DNA of 64,000 nt from assembly GCA_020891255.1 (NCBI GenBank), contig BQFW01000001.1:434001-498000 (forward strand), written 5' to 3'. The notes beneath the pieces were generated by a model. The model saw only the letters and a program-made list of their open reading frames with translations, made no database searches and was not told the DNA's origin. The translations under genes and the position numbers were made by a program. This document shows positions 10,690 through 23,195 of this stretch, piece by piece; positions within the stretch are counted from its first letter, which is position 1, and each line of letters starts with the position of its first letter. This DNA is from Entomortierella parvispora E1425 (Eukaryota; Fungi; Mortierellomycota).

Positions 10690-12510
10690 AGTAGGCCAAC
10701 ATGTACTTCAGCAATGTTGACCAGTAAAAAGTCTTCCTCTTCACCTGCAGCTGGATTTATTGTGTTCCCCTCGTCGAGGAGCATTGATTCTCGTCGCTTC
10801 ATCAAAGACTCGCCACTTTTGCTCAACTCGTCAAAAAAACCGACAATCCATGGATCTATTTGATTTTTGCGGTCGTCCACCTGTAGTTGGCCAGCAAATT
10901 TGAACAGTAATGTCTACTAATAAAAAGTCATTTCTTTCGCCTGGGACCAAGTGCGTCATGGTCTCCTCGTCTAGAAGGATCGATCTAGCTCATGATATCC
11001 ACGTCTTTCTCTCAACTCGTCAAAAAGCGGACGGTTCATAGATTCACTAGCTTTATCCACTTACGGCTGCCAGTTTTTTTTGACGAGTTGGGCCAAAAGA
11101 AAGGACCCTCGATTTCATAATATGGATCGATTCTCCTCAACGAGGGGAGGACAACCCATTTGGTCCTAGGTGAAGGAGATGACTTTTCACTAGTCGACAT
11201 TGCTGTTCGAAATGTCGGCAGCCTGCTAGAGTAAGCCCACGCTGGGCGTGAGGGCGGATCTGAAGATCGACCGTTTCTTGACGAGTTGGGCATAAATCGC
11301 AAATCGTTGGTGTTATGACATGGATCGACGCTCCTCCACGAGGGGAACACAACGCATTTGGCGCCAGGTGAAGGGGGTGACTTTTTACGAGTCCACATTG
11401 CTGTTCAAAGATCTGCCGGTCAGTGAACTGACCGAACGCAGCATCTGCGATGGAATAAGAAATTCTTCCTATCGCAAATGTTGCGTTGGGTGGTCCAACG
11501 ATGGACGGACGGATCTATGGATTATCGGTTTTTTGACGAGTTGGGCAAAAATAATGAATCCTTGATTTCATGACATGAGTCGATGCTCCTCGACGAGGGG
11601 AACACAGCCTACTTGGTCCCAGGTGAAACGGACGACTTTTTACTAGTCGACATTGCTGTTCAAAGATAGGCCGGGGGTGCAGATTTGGCGACATGTGGAC
11701 CGATAGAGAGAATGAAGCATTTGCGATAGGAAGAAGGAAATTCTTCTTCCTATCGTAAATGTTGCGTCGCGATATGATGCCCACGGACCAAACGAAGCAC
11801 TTGCGATAGGAAGAAGGAAATTCTTCTTCCTATCGCAAATGTTGCGTTGAGTGACCCAGCGATGAACTGAGGGATCTGTGGATTGTCGGTTTTTTGACGA
11901 GTTGGGCAAAAATCTTGAATCCTTAATTTTTCCACATGGACCGATGCTTCTCGACGGGAGGAACAAAACTCACTTGGTCACACATCAAGGAGACAACATT
12001 TTACTAGTCGACATTTGAGGACCAAATGGCCTCCGCTTCGAACAGCAATGTCGACTAATGAAAGCCGGTATCCCACACGCAAGGCCCGGTGCTTTGCAAT
12101 CCTCTTTCCAAGGAGCATCGACTCGTACCATACAACGAAGGATTCGCGATTTTTGTGCAACTCGTCAAAAAACCGACAATCCATAGATCCCTCAGTTCAT
12201 CGCTGGGTCACTCAAGAAGAATTTCCTTCTTCCTATCGCAAGTGCTTCGTTTGGTCTGTGGGCATCATATCGCGACGCAACATTTACGATAGGAAGAAGA
12301 ATTTCCTTCTTCCTATCGCAAATGCTTTATTCTCTCTGTCGGTCCACATGTCGCCAAATCTGCACCCCCGGCCTATCTTTGAACAGCAATGTCGACTAGT
12401 AAAAAGTCGTCCGTTTCACCTGGGACCAAGTGGGCTGTGTTCATCTCGTCGAGGAGCATCGACTCATGTCATGAAATCAAGGATTCATTATTTTTGCCCA
12501 ACTCGTCAAA
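10690..12510. repeat. Modular fold-back island: eight diverged ~160-bp units in alternating orientation plus ~38-bp palindromes
   Basis: Core TTTTTGACGAGTTGGGC or its reverse complement near 10823, 11013, 11077, 11278, 11531, 11891, 12160 and 12499. Segment 11510-11925 is an inverted copy of 12139-12510. Palindrome TTGCGATAGGAAGAAG-GAAATT-CTTCTTCCTATCGCAA at 11801-11838 with related copies. Confidence 0.85.
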
Positions 12511-12974
12511 AAATCGACCGCCCACGGATCCACCCCCATTCTTCATTCGGTCGGCCCATTTGGGAGAGAAAAAAAAAAAAAAAAAAAAAGAGACGGAGCA
12601 ATCCATTTGTGCTCTCATCTTTGTCTTGATCTCCTATTCTGTTTCTTCTACCGCCTCTCACTGAAGACTGTTGGGCTACACTCCTCTGTTGAGGGTTCCA
12701 CTCTGTCGCCATATTTGCAGCTTAGGATCGTAACTCGGAACTTTCTGTAACAGGAATACGGTGACATCACGCGATGTGTACCTACAAAAGCTAGAAACTT
12801 GCAATATAATAAAACTCACTTCTTGTCTCCACTCCACCCTCGATACTCCTATTGCATGGTAGCAAAGGTTTTCGATCCACTGACCTCACTGACCCACTGA
12901 CCCTCCGACACACTCACACCCTGGACCCCCTCGTATCTCTCTTCGATCAACTCTCCCTCGACAATTTACCCAAC

Positions 12975-13731
12975 ATGGACTCCGCGACACCGTCATTCAA
13001 ATTCCCTCATCCAACACCGTTCAACGGCAAGCGCGACGGATTCTCTGTTCTCGGTTTTCTGAAACGCATGACCTTTTTCTTCGATGGCGCTGGAATTGCC
13101 GAATCTCGCAAGGTCGGGGTCACCCTTGCCTTTGCCGGCGATGAGGTTATCGGCTGGTGGGCACTCTTAAACAAGCCATCCGACACCTCATTCCCGGATT
13201 TCAGCGAGCTCCTTGCCGCCGAGTTCAGCCCTGCGAAGTTTAAGGAGCACATTCTCGCCCTCACAATGCAAATGAAAATGACACTGCCACTGAACATCTC
13301 CAACGTCATGGCCTATATTACCAAAGCCCGTGAATACCACCTGCTCCTCCAGTCTTACTACGCCGACAACGCAGTTCTCAACGATACTATCCGTACTGCC
13401 TTTCTCAGTGGTGCACCTACCCAGCTTCGCCAGATGCTGGAAGTGGCCATTGTTAATGCAGGCAACGACACCATAGATCTGCCCAGACTCTTTAAGGCCG
13501 CGGAGGAGTTCGGTCGTATCTTCCACACTGAAGACCCATCACTCGGTGCCAAAGCACTGGCTGCCTCGGGATCCTCTGCTGGTATCACCGACCCCAACGC
13601 AATGGAAGTGGACAATATTCATATCCAACTCAACAATATCCACAAGCAACTCGGCACCCTTCACCGCTCCTTACAGAACCGCCCCACCAACGGTACTAAC
13701 AACCCTTCTCGAGATCGCCCCGCACCCCTGA
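12975..13731 (+). pseudogene. gag: 5' part of outer-copy gag (3' part at 18799-18967)
   Basis: Reads ...RDRPAPL up to the LTR insertion and resumes TAADREYLVRNGGCFRC after 18798. Confidence 0.93.
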
Positions 13732-13960
13732 TGTAACAGGAATACGGTGACATCACGCGATGTGTACCTACAAAAGCTAGAAACTTGCAATATAATAAAA
13801 CTCACTTCTTGTCTCCACTCCACCCTCGATACTCCTATTGCATGGTAGCAAAGGTTTTCGATCCACTGACCTCACTGACCCACTGACCCTCCGACACACT
13901 CACACCCTGGACCCCCTCGTATCCCTCTTCGATCAACTCTCCCTCGACAATTCACCCAAC

Positions 13961-14881
13961 ATGGACCCCGCGACACCGTCATTCAAATTCCCTCATCCAA
14001 CACCGTTCAACGGCAAGCGCGACGGATTCTCTGTTCTCGGTTTTCTGAAACGCATGACCTTTTTCTTCGATGGCGCTGGAATTGCCGAACCTCGCAAGGT
14101 CGGGGTTACCCTTGCCTTTGCCGGCGATGAGGTTATCGGCTGGTGGGCACTCTTAAACAAGCCATCCGACACCTCATTCCCGGATTTCAGCGAGCTCCTT
14201 GCCACCGAGTTCAGTCCTGCGAAGTTTAAGGAGCACATTCTCGCCCTCACAATGCAAATGAAAATGACACTGCCACTGAACATCTCCAACGTCATGGCCT
14301 ATATTACCAAAGCCCGTGAATACCACCTGCTCCTCCAGTCTTACTACGCCGACAACGCAGTTCTCAACGATACTATCCGTACTGCCTTTCTCAGTGGTGC
14401 ACCTACTCAGCTTCGCCAGATGCTGGAAGTGGCCATTGTTAATGCAGGCAACGACACCATAGATCTGCCCAGACTCTTTAAGGCCGCGGAGGAGTTCGGT
14501 CGTATCTTCCACACTGAAGACCCATCACTCGGTGCCAAAGCACTGGCTGCCTCGGGATCCTCTGCTGGTATCACCGACCCCAACGCAATGGAAGTGGACA
14601 ATATTCATATCCAACTCAACAATATCCACAAGCAACTCGGCACCCTTCACCGCTCCTTACAGAACCGCCCCACCAACGGTACTAACAACCCTTCTCGAGA
14701 TCGCCCCGCACCCCTGACCGCCGCCGACCGAGAGTACCTTGTACGTAACGGTGGCTGCTTCCGCTGCCGCGAATTGGGTCACATCAGTCCCAATTGCCCT
14801 AAGTACGGCAACGGCAGCCGAGGAATTAATCAAGTAACCGCGGGTGAATCCCCTGATTCGGGAAAAGCCTCCGGCAACTAG
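13961..14881 (+). CDS. gag: Gag (inner copy)
   Basis: Intact 306-aa ORF with CCHC knuckle. Confidence 0.92.
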   Translation: MDPATPSFKFPHPTPFNGKRDGFSVLGFLKRMTFFFDGAGIAEPRKVGVTLAFAGDEVIGWWALLNKPSDTSFPDFSELLATEFSPAKFKEHILALTMQMKMTLPLNISNVMAYITKAREYHLLLQSYYADNAVLNDTIRTAFLSGAPTQLRQMLEVAIVNAGNDTIDLPRLFKAAEEFGRIFHTEDPSLGAKALAASGSSAGITDPNAMEVDNIHIQLNNIHKQLGTLHRSLQNRPTNGTNNPSRDRPAPLTAADREYLVRNGGCFRCRELGHISPNCPKYGNGSRGINQVTAGESPDSGKASGN

Positions 14882-17800
14882 GGTCGGTCCGGACCCCCAG
14901 TTGTCGAAACTGTAGCCAACAACCCTGAGCTAAGTACCTCAAATAAAACTTCACTTGATTCTACACCTCAGAAACATGACTCCAATCATGACAAGCGAAC
15001 TCACATCCACGATGCTCTGGTTGTTCTATCGGACCGAAACCAAAACCAAACCAAAAAACCTGTTGCCTCGCCCGCTCCAGTTGCCCTGTCCGCTCCTCTA
15101 CCTAGATCCTCCGATACAGATGAACCGGACCCTCTCGCTGTACCGCCGGCACCTAGTGTACCTCTGTCCAAAAGTCAGTTGAAGAAGTTGAAGCGTCGTG
15201 CGATTCGCCTACACGAATTCACTGTCCAAAAGGCAGAGAGCCAACTGCTCACTTTCATCGGTTCTGTCAATGGCCACGCTGCCAGAATCCTGATTGATGG
15301 TGGTGCAGAAGGTAATATTATCAGTTCGTCTTTTCAAAAGCGACACCAGCTCCTCCGCACTGAATGCTTGCCCATCCCCATCCTCCTCCCCAATGGCTCT
15401 TCCTCCCTCACATCACACACCGTCCCCATCACCCTCAACCGCAGCGACTACTCCGATTCGCTCAACCCTATTCTCTATCCTCTCAACAAATACGACCTCA
15501 TCCTTGGCAAACCCTGGCTCACCAAAGTTAACCCTTGCATCAATTGGCGCACCAACGATCTTCATTTCACTCACAATGGAATCGATGTCAAATGGAGCTG
15601 CCGCGGCTTCAAGGCCGATCACATCCAAAGCCGCACCAAAGGACTCCTCCTCACACACATGCACTTTCATTCCATGGCAACCCTGCCCGGCTCGGAGGTG
15701 TTCCTGGCCCTTATTCGCAACACCCCAGAGCCCTCTGAAGAAACTGACCAACCGCGTACAATTCCCGATATGACCCCCAGAGGTGCGGTCCATTGTCATG
15801 GAAGAGTTCGCTGATGTCTTTCCGGAGAAACTCCCGGACGGCCTGCCCCCAGACCGTGGTGATGCTATGAAGATCGAGACCGACCCGACAGCCGACCCAC
15901 CCTTCCGCCCTGTCATTAGACTTTCAATCGCCGAGCTTGACGAACTTCGCAAACAACTGGACCAATTGCTAGCAGCAGGTTTTATCAAACCCAGTACCTC
16001 TCCCTATGGCGCCCCCGTGCTCTTTGTGCGGAAGAAGGACGGCACACTCCGAATGTGCGTCGACTACCGTGGCCTCAACAAGATCACCAGGAAGAACAGA
16101 CACCCGTTGCCCCGTATCGACGAGCTTCTTGACCGCTTCCGTGGAGCACGCTATTACTCCAAGTTGGACTTGTTATCCGGTTATCATCAGCAGCGTATCT
16201 TTGAACCACACACACACAAGACTGCCTTCCGTTGTCGCTATGGTCACTTTGAGTTCAATGTTGTTCCCTTTGGCCTTACTAACGCTCCTGCTTCGTTCTC
16301 CAATATGATGTTGCGAGTGCTCGATCCAGTCTTGGACAAATGGGTTGTCGTGTATCTCGACGATCTGTTGATCTACTCCAAGACAAAGAAAGAACACCTG
16401 CAGCATCTCCGAAGCGTCCTGGCTCTCCTCCGCAAGAACGGTCTGTACGCGAAATTGAGCAAGTGCTCCTTCATGCAAGACGAAACTGAATTTTTGGGCC
16501 ACACCATCACGAAGGACGGGATCAAAACATCGGCCGGGCTCAGCAAAGCCATCAGTGACTGGCCCACCCCCAAGAGCACAAAGGACGTCCAGCAATTTTT
16601 GGGGCTTGCGCAATTTTATCAACAGTACGTATCGGGCTTTGCAGGGATTGCCCTCCCTCTCTCTTCCCTCCTCGCCAACAACACTCCCTTCAAATGGACC
16701 GACGAACAACAATCTGCATTCCTTCAGCTCAAACGCGCCATCTGCTCCGCCCCCGTCCTCCGCATCTTCGACCCTGATCTCTCACCTTTGTCGAAACAGA
16801 TGCATCCGGTTTCGCCATCGGTGCAGTGCTGCTGCAGACTGACCGGGAAGGGAATACCCATCCCATCGCATTCACTTCCAGGAAAAATGCAGTCAGCTGA
16901 GCGGAACTACCCTGTCCATGAGCAGGAACTGTTGGCTGTCATCCATGCGCTCCGCACTTGGCGCTACTACCTCGATGGAACCAAGTTCAGCGTCCACACC
17001 GACCACGCCACCCTCCGCCACTTCCCCACACAGCCCAAACTCACTCGTCGACAGGCTCGCTGGATGGAGTTGCTTCAGGAATACGACTTTGACTTCAAGT
17101 ACAAGCGAGGAGTTGACAACATCGTCCCAGACGCTCTCTCCCGACGACCGGACTACCGCGAGCCTGACCCTGTTGAGCTATACAACCTCAGCGTCTCCCT
17201 GTCCCCGGACGTCCGTGACCAGCTTGTCCAGGACTACAACGACGATCCTCGACTTGGACCCATCTACAAGGATTGCCTGGATGGGAAGGTTGCCAATGGA
17301 TATTCATTCCAGAACAACCTCCTCTACTTTACCCGACGTGGAGCAACCACCCTGGCCATCCCTCGGCACTCCCCGATCCGCCTCACTCTCTTGCACGACG
17401 CTCACGACTCTGCCACTGCTGGACACTTTGGTTTTCAAAAGACTTACGACAACCTGCGCCGTTTCGTATATTGGCCCCACATCGCCAAGGATACCCAGCA
17501 GTATGTAGCAACCTGCGAGAAGTGTCAAAGGAACAAGGACTCACAGGATCGACCAGCTGGACTCTTGCAACCGCTACCCATTCCTTCGCAACGTTGGGAG
17601 GTAGTCACCATGGACTTCATCGGCCCTCTTCCGCCCACAGCTAGAAATTTTGACGCCATCACAGTGTTTGTCGACAAGCTGACCAAGCAAGCTCACTTCG
17701 TCCCCAGTACTACCTCTGCCACAGCCGTCGACGTCGCCCACCAGTTTTTTGACAACATCTTTAAGCTGCATGGCACACCAACATCCATCATCTCGGACCG

Positions 17801-18677
17801 CGACACTCGATTCACTAGTAGATTCTGGCAAGAGTTGCACAGGCTAATGGATGTCAAACTTGCACTGTCAACCGCCTACCACCCACAGACGGATGGGCAG
17901 ACAGAGGTTATGAACAAGACGCTGAAGACTATGTTGAGAGCGTTTATTGACAACAAGCAGTCTAACTGGGACCAGCTCCTTCCGTCACTGGAATTCGCCT
18001 ATAACAACGCTGTCAATGCATCCACGGGATACTCGCCGTTCTTCCTCAACTCTGGCCAGCACCCTCGTCTCCCCACCGCTCTCCTCGGTAAACCCAGCAG
18101 CTCAGTCCCCACTGTCGATACCTTCCTGACTGAGCAGGCGACCACCCTTGCCCTGGCCCAGGATGCTCTGCAGCGTGCTCAGGATCATCAGGAGCAACAG
18201 GCAAACAAGCGACGACGGGATCACAAGTACAAGGTTGGCGATAAGGTCCTGCTGCGTGCCACCAATATCACCATCCCTGCCGACAGTATCAGACCAGCCG
18301 ATAAACTTCGACCTCAATTCCTTGGCCCGTTCACACTTTTGGAGCAACACTCACCTGTCACCTTCCGCGTCGAGCTGCCACCATTCTACAAAATCCATGA
18401 CGTCTTCCACGTTGATACCTTTCGACCCTATTTGCCGTCCCCGGAGTCACTCGGCATTCGAGCTCCTGCCCCCGTGGATCCCACTGTAATTGACGGCGAA
18501 GAGGAGTATGAAGTGGACGAAATTTTAAAGTACCGCTTCTACCGCAGACAACACCAGTTCCTAGTGTCATTCAAAGGCTACGGCAGAGAAGCTGACGAAT
18601 GGCTCCCAGTAAGCAACTTGGACAACTGCATGGACTTGGTCACAACCTTCAAAGAGCAGCACGGTATCATTTTTTAA
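14866..18677 (+). pseudogene. pol: pol of inner copy with indels
   Basis: Extra C at 14894-14898, extra C at the PR/RT junction (15774-15778), 1-nt loss near 16782, and a compensating extra A at 16883-16887. The last two give a 964-aa ORF with a scrambled RNase H catalytic segment. Confidence 0.9.
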
Positions 18678-18951
18678 AAGGGGAAGGTGTAACAGGAATA
18701 CGGTGACATCACGCGATGTGTACCTACAAAAGCTAGAAACTTGCAATATAATAAAACTCACTTCTTGTCTCCACTCCACCCTCGATACTCCTATTGCACC
18801 TGACCGCCGCCGACCGAGAGTACCTTGTACGTAACGGTGGCTGCTTCCGCTGCCGCGAATTGGGTCACATCAGTCCCAATTGCCCTAAGTACGGCAACGG
18901 CAGCCGAGGAATTAATCAAGTAACCGCGGGTGAATCCCCTGATTCGGGAAA

Positions 18952-21900
18952 AGCCTCCGGCAACTAGGGTCGGTCCGGACCCCAGTTGTCGAAACTGTAG
19001 CCAACAACCCTGAGCTAAGTACCTCAAATAAAACTTCACTTGATTCTACACCTCAGAAACATGACTCCAATCATGACAAGCGAACTCACATCCACGATGC
19101 TCTGGTTGTTCTATCGGACCGAAACCAAAACCAAACCAAAAAACCTGTTGCCTCGCCCGCTCCAGTTGCCCTGTCCGCTCCTCTACCTAGATCCTCCGAT
19201 ACAGATGAACCGGACCCTCTCGCTGTACCGCCGGCACCTAGTGTACCTCTGTCCAAAAGTCAGTTGAAGAAGTTGAAGCGTCGTGCGATTCGCCTACACG
19301 AATTCACTGTCCAAAAGGCAGAGAGCCAACTGCTCACTTTCATCGGTTCTGTCAATGGCCACGCTGCCAGAATCCTGATTGATGGTGGTGCAGAAGGTAA
19401 TATTATCAGTTCGTCTTTTCAAAAGCGACACCAGCTCCTCCGCACTGAATGCTTGCCCATCCCCATCCTCCTCCCCAATGGCTCTTCCTCCCTCACATCA
19501 CACACCGTCCCCATCACCCTCAACCGCAGCGACTACTCCGATTCGCTCAACCCTATTCTCTATCCTCTCAACAAATACGACCTCATCCTTGGCAAACCCT
19601 GGCTCACCAAAGTTAACCCTTGCATCAATTGGCGCACCAACGATCTTCATTTCACTCACAATGGAATCGATGTCAAATGGAGCTGCCGCGGCTTCAAGGC
19701 CGATCACATCCAAAGCCGCACCAAAGGACTCCTCCTCACACACATGCACTTTCATTCCATGGCAACCCTGCCCGGCTCGGAGGTGTTCCTGGCCCTTATT
19801 CGCAACACCCCAGAGCCCTCTGAAGAAACTGACCAACCGCGTACAATTCCCGATATGACCCCCAGAGGTGCGGTCCATTGTCATGGAAGAGTTCGCTGAT
19901 GTCTTTCCGGAGAAACTCCCGGACGGCCTGCCCCCAGACCGTGGTGATGCTATGAAGATCGAGACCGACCCGACAGCCGACCCACCCTTCCGCCCTGTCA
20001 TTAGACTTTCAATCGCCGAGCTTGACGAACTTCGCAAACAACTGGACCAATTGCTAGCAGCAGGTTTTATCAAACCCAGTACCTCTCCCTATGGCGCCCC
20101 CGTGCTCTTTGTGCGGAAGAAGGACGGCACACTCCGAATGTGCGTCGACTACCGTGGCCTCAACAAGATCACCAGGAAGAACAGACACCCGTTGCCCCGT
20201 ATCGACGAGCTACTTGACCGCTTCCGTGGAGCACGCTATTACTCCAAGTTGGACTTGTTATCCGGTTATCATCAGCAGCGTATCTTTGAACCACACACAC
20301 ACAAGACTGCCTTCCGTTGTCGCTATGGTCACTTTGAGTTCAATGTTGTTCCCTTTGGCCTTACTAACGCTCCTGCTTCGTTCTCCAATATGATGTTGCG
20401 AGTACTCGATCCAGTCTTGGACAAATGGGTTGTCGTGTATCTCGACGATCTGTTGATCTACTCCAAGACAAAGAAAGAACACCTGCAGCATCTCCGAAGC
20501 GTCCTGGCTCTCCTCCGCAAGAATGGTCTGTACGCGAAATTGAGCAAGTGCTCCTTCATGCAAGACGAAACTGAATTTTTGGGCCACACCATCACGAAGG
20601 ACGGGATCAAAACATCGGCCGGGCTCAGCAAAGCCATCAGTGACTGGCCCACCCCCAAGAGCACAAAGGACGTCCAGCAATTTTTGGGGCTTGCGCAATT
20701 TTATCAACAGTACGTATCGGGCTTTGCAGGGATTGCCCTCCCTCTCTCTTCCCTCCTCGCCAACAACACTCCCTTCAAATGGACCGACGAACAACAATCT
20801 GCATTCCTTCAGCTCAAACGCGCCATCTGCTCCGCCCCCGTCCTCCGCATCTTCGACCCTGATCTCTCACCTTTGTCGAAACAGATGCATCCGGTTTCGC
20901 CATCGGTGCAGTGCTGCTGCAGACTGACCGGGAAGGGAATACCCATCCCATCGCATTCACTTCCAGGAAAATGCAGTCAGCTGAGCGGAACTACCCTGTC
21001 CATGAGCAGGAACTGTTGGCTGTCATCCATGCACTCCGCACTTGGCGCTACTACCTCGATGGAACCAAGTTCAGCGTCCACACCGACCACGCCACCCTCC
21101 GCCACTTCCCCACACAGCCCAAACTCACTCGTCGACAGGCTCGCTGGATGGAGTTGCTTCAGGAATACGACTTTGACTTCAAGTACAAGCGAGGAGTTGA
21201 CAACATCGTCCCAGACGCTCTCTCCCGACGACCGGACTACCGCGAGCCTGACCCTGTTGAGCTATACAACCTCAGCGTCTCCTTGTCCCCGGACGTCCGT
21301 GACCAGCTTGTCCAGGACTACAACGACGATCCTCGACTTGGACCTATCTACAAGGATTGCCTGGATGGGAAAGTTGCCAATGGATATTCATTTCAGAACA
21401 ACCTCCTCTACTTTACCCGACGTGGAGCAACCACCCTGGCCATCCCTCGGCACTCCCCGATCCGCCTCACTCTCTTGCACGACGCTCACGACTCTGCCAC
21501 TGCTGGACACTTTGGTTTTCAAAAGACTTACGACAACCTGCGCCGTTTCGTATATTGGCCCCACATCGCCAAGGATACCCAGCAGTATGTAGCAACCTGC
21601 GAGAAGTGTCAAAGGAACAAGGACTCACAGGATCGACCAGCTGGACTCTTGCAACCGCTACCCATTCCTTCGCAACGTTGGGAGGTAGTCACCATGGACT
21701 TCATCGGCCCTCTTCCGCCCACAGCTAGAAATTTTGACGCCATCACAGTGTTTGTCGACAAGCTGACCAAGCAAGCTCACTTCGTCCCCAGTACTACCTC
21801 TGCCACAGCCGTCGACGTCGCCCACCAGTTTTTTGACAACATCTTTAAGCTGCATGGCACACCAACATCCATCATCTCGGACCGCGACACTCGATTCACT

Positions 21901-22761
21901 AGTAGATTCTGGCAAGAGTTGCACAGGCTAATGGATGTCAAACTTGCACTGTCAACCGCCTACCACCCACAGACGGATGGGCAGACAGAGGTTATGAACA
22001 AGACGCTGAAGATTATGTTGAGAGCGTTTATTGACAACAAACAGTCTAACTGGGACCAGCTCCTTCCGTCGCTGGAATTCGCCTATAACAACGCTGTCAA
22101 TGCATCCACGGGATACTCGCCGTTCTTCCTCAACTCTGGCCAGCACCCTCGTCTCCCCACCGCTCTCCTCGGTAAACCCAGCAGCTCAGTCCCCACTGTC
22201 GATACCTTCCTGACTGAGCAGGCGACCACCCTTGCCCTGGCCCAGGATGCTCTGCAGCGTGCTCAGGATCATCAGAAGCAACAGGCAAACAAGCGACGAC
22301 GGGATCACAAGTACAAGGTTGGCGATAAGGTCCTGCTGCGTGCCACCAATATCACCATCCCTGCCGACAGTATCAGACCAGCCGATAAGCTTCGACCCCA
22401 GTTCCTTGGCCCGTTCACACTTTTGGAGCAACACTCACCTGTCACGTTCCGCGTCGAGCTGCCACCATTCTACAAAATCCATGATGTCTTCCACGTTGAT
22501 ACCTTTCGACCCTACTTGCCGTCCCCGGAGTCACTCGGCATTCGAGCTCCTGCCCCCGTGGATCCCACTGTAATTGACGGCGAAGAGGAGTATGAAGTGG
22601 ACGAAATTTTAAAGTACCGCTTCTACCGCAGACAACACCAGTTCCTAGTGTCATTCAAAGGCTACGGCAGAGAAGCTGACGAATGGCTTCCAGTAAGCAA
22701 CTTGGACAACTGCATGGACTTGGTCACAACCTTCAAAGAGCAGCACGGTATCATTTTTTAA
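18952..22761 (+). pseudogene. pol: pol of outer copy with two frameshifts
   Basis: -1 site GGGAAAA at 18946-18952. Shifts at 19859-19863 and near 20867. The RH-IN-chromodomain ORF is 20911-22761. Confidence 0.9.
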
Positions 22762-23195
22762 AAGGGGAAGGTGTAACAGGAATACGGTGACATCACGCGA
22801 TGTGTACCTACAAAAGCTAGAAACTTGCAATATAATAAAACTCACTTCTTGTCTCCACTCCACCCTCGATACTCCTATTGCACTTTCCGAGAGGCATGAT
22901 CCAGATTGTTGGACCCCACGATTGTTTTCATCAGGCGAAGCACCATGATAACTTGATGGGTATAATAACAGGAAGTAAATTTATTGAGAGTCTCCATTGA
23001 TGGTCATGTTCCTGGCGCTCTCCGCAAGAGCCGCCAGCTTTTTTGTTGATCCCAAGAGCCTTGTCTGTAACCCAGCGAATGATCTGGGGGTGGTAGAAGA
23101 CTCTCACTTTGTCCGATTTGGGCGAGGGTCATTGTCATTTGTAAGACAGGAGAGCGTGTGTGATCAATGCACTGAGACTTTTGAAGTCTAGCATC

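Larger units (their letters stand above)
13732..18798 (+). mobile_element. Ty3/Gypsy chromovirus, inner (nested) copy
   Basis: LTRs at 13732-13842 and 18688-18798, TSD CCTGA (13727-13731, 18799-18803), PPT AAAAGGGGAAGG before 18688. Confidence 0.97.
12746..22882 (+). mobile_element. Ty3/Gypsy chromovirus, outer copy (interrupted by nested copy)
   Basis: LTRs at 12746-12856 and 22772-22882, TSD CTTTC (12741-12745, 22883-22887). gag is split at 13731/18799. Confidence 0.97.

Noticed and set aside
12568-12589. Long A/T runs (also near 30422, 34907 and 45155) as LINE/SINE tails
   Set aside because: No TSDs or upstream RT/Pol III boxes could be identified.
12852-12974. ORF-track gag N-terminal extension (MHGSKGF...)
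   Set aside because: It starts at a TTG inside the LTR end and runs through the PBS. The first ATG (MDP/MDS) is the plausible start.
14879-14900. MuLV-type stop-codon readthrough between gag and pol
   Set aside because: It is seen only in the inner copy because of one extra C. The other two copies fit a -1 frameshift at GGGAAAA.
5634-22863. Dozens of short overlapping or antisense ORFs within the retroelements
   Set aside because: They are alternative frames of gag/pol repeated in each copy, with no independent signals.
5406-22882. Head-to-head retroelement copies as a fold-back assembly artefact
   Set aside because: The three distinct matched TSDs (TGGGG, CTTTC, CCTGA) and copy-specific SNPs indicate independent insertions.
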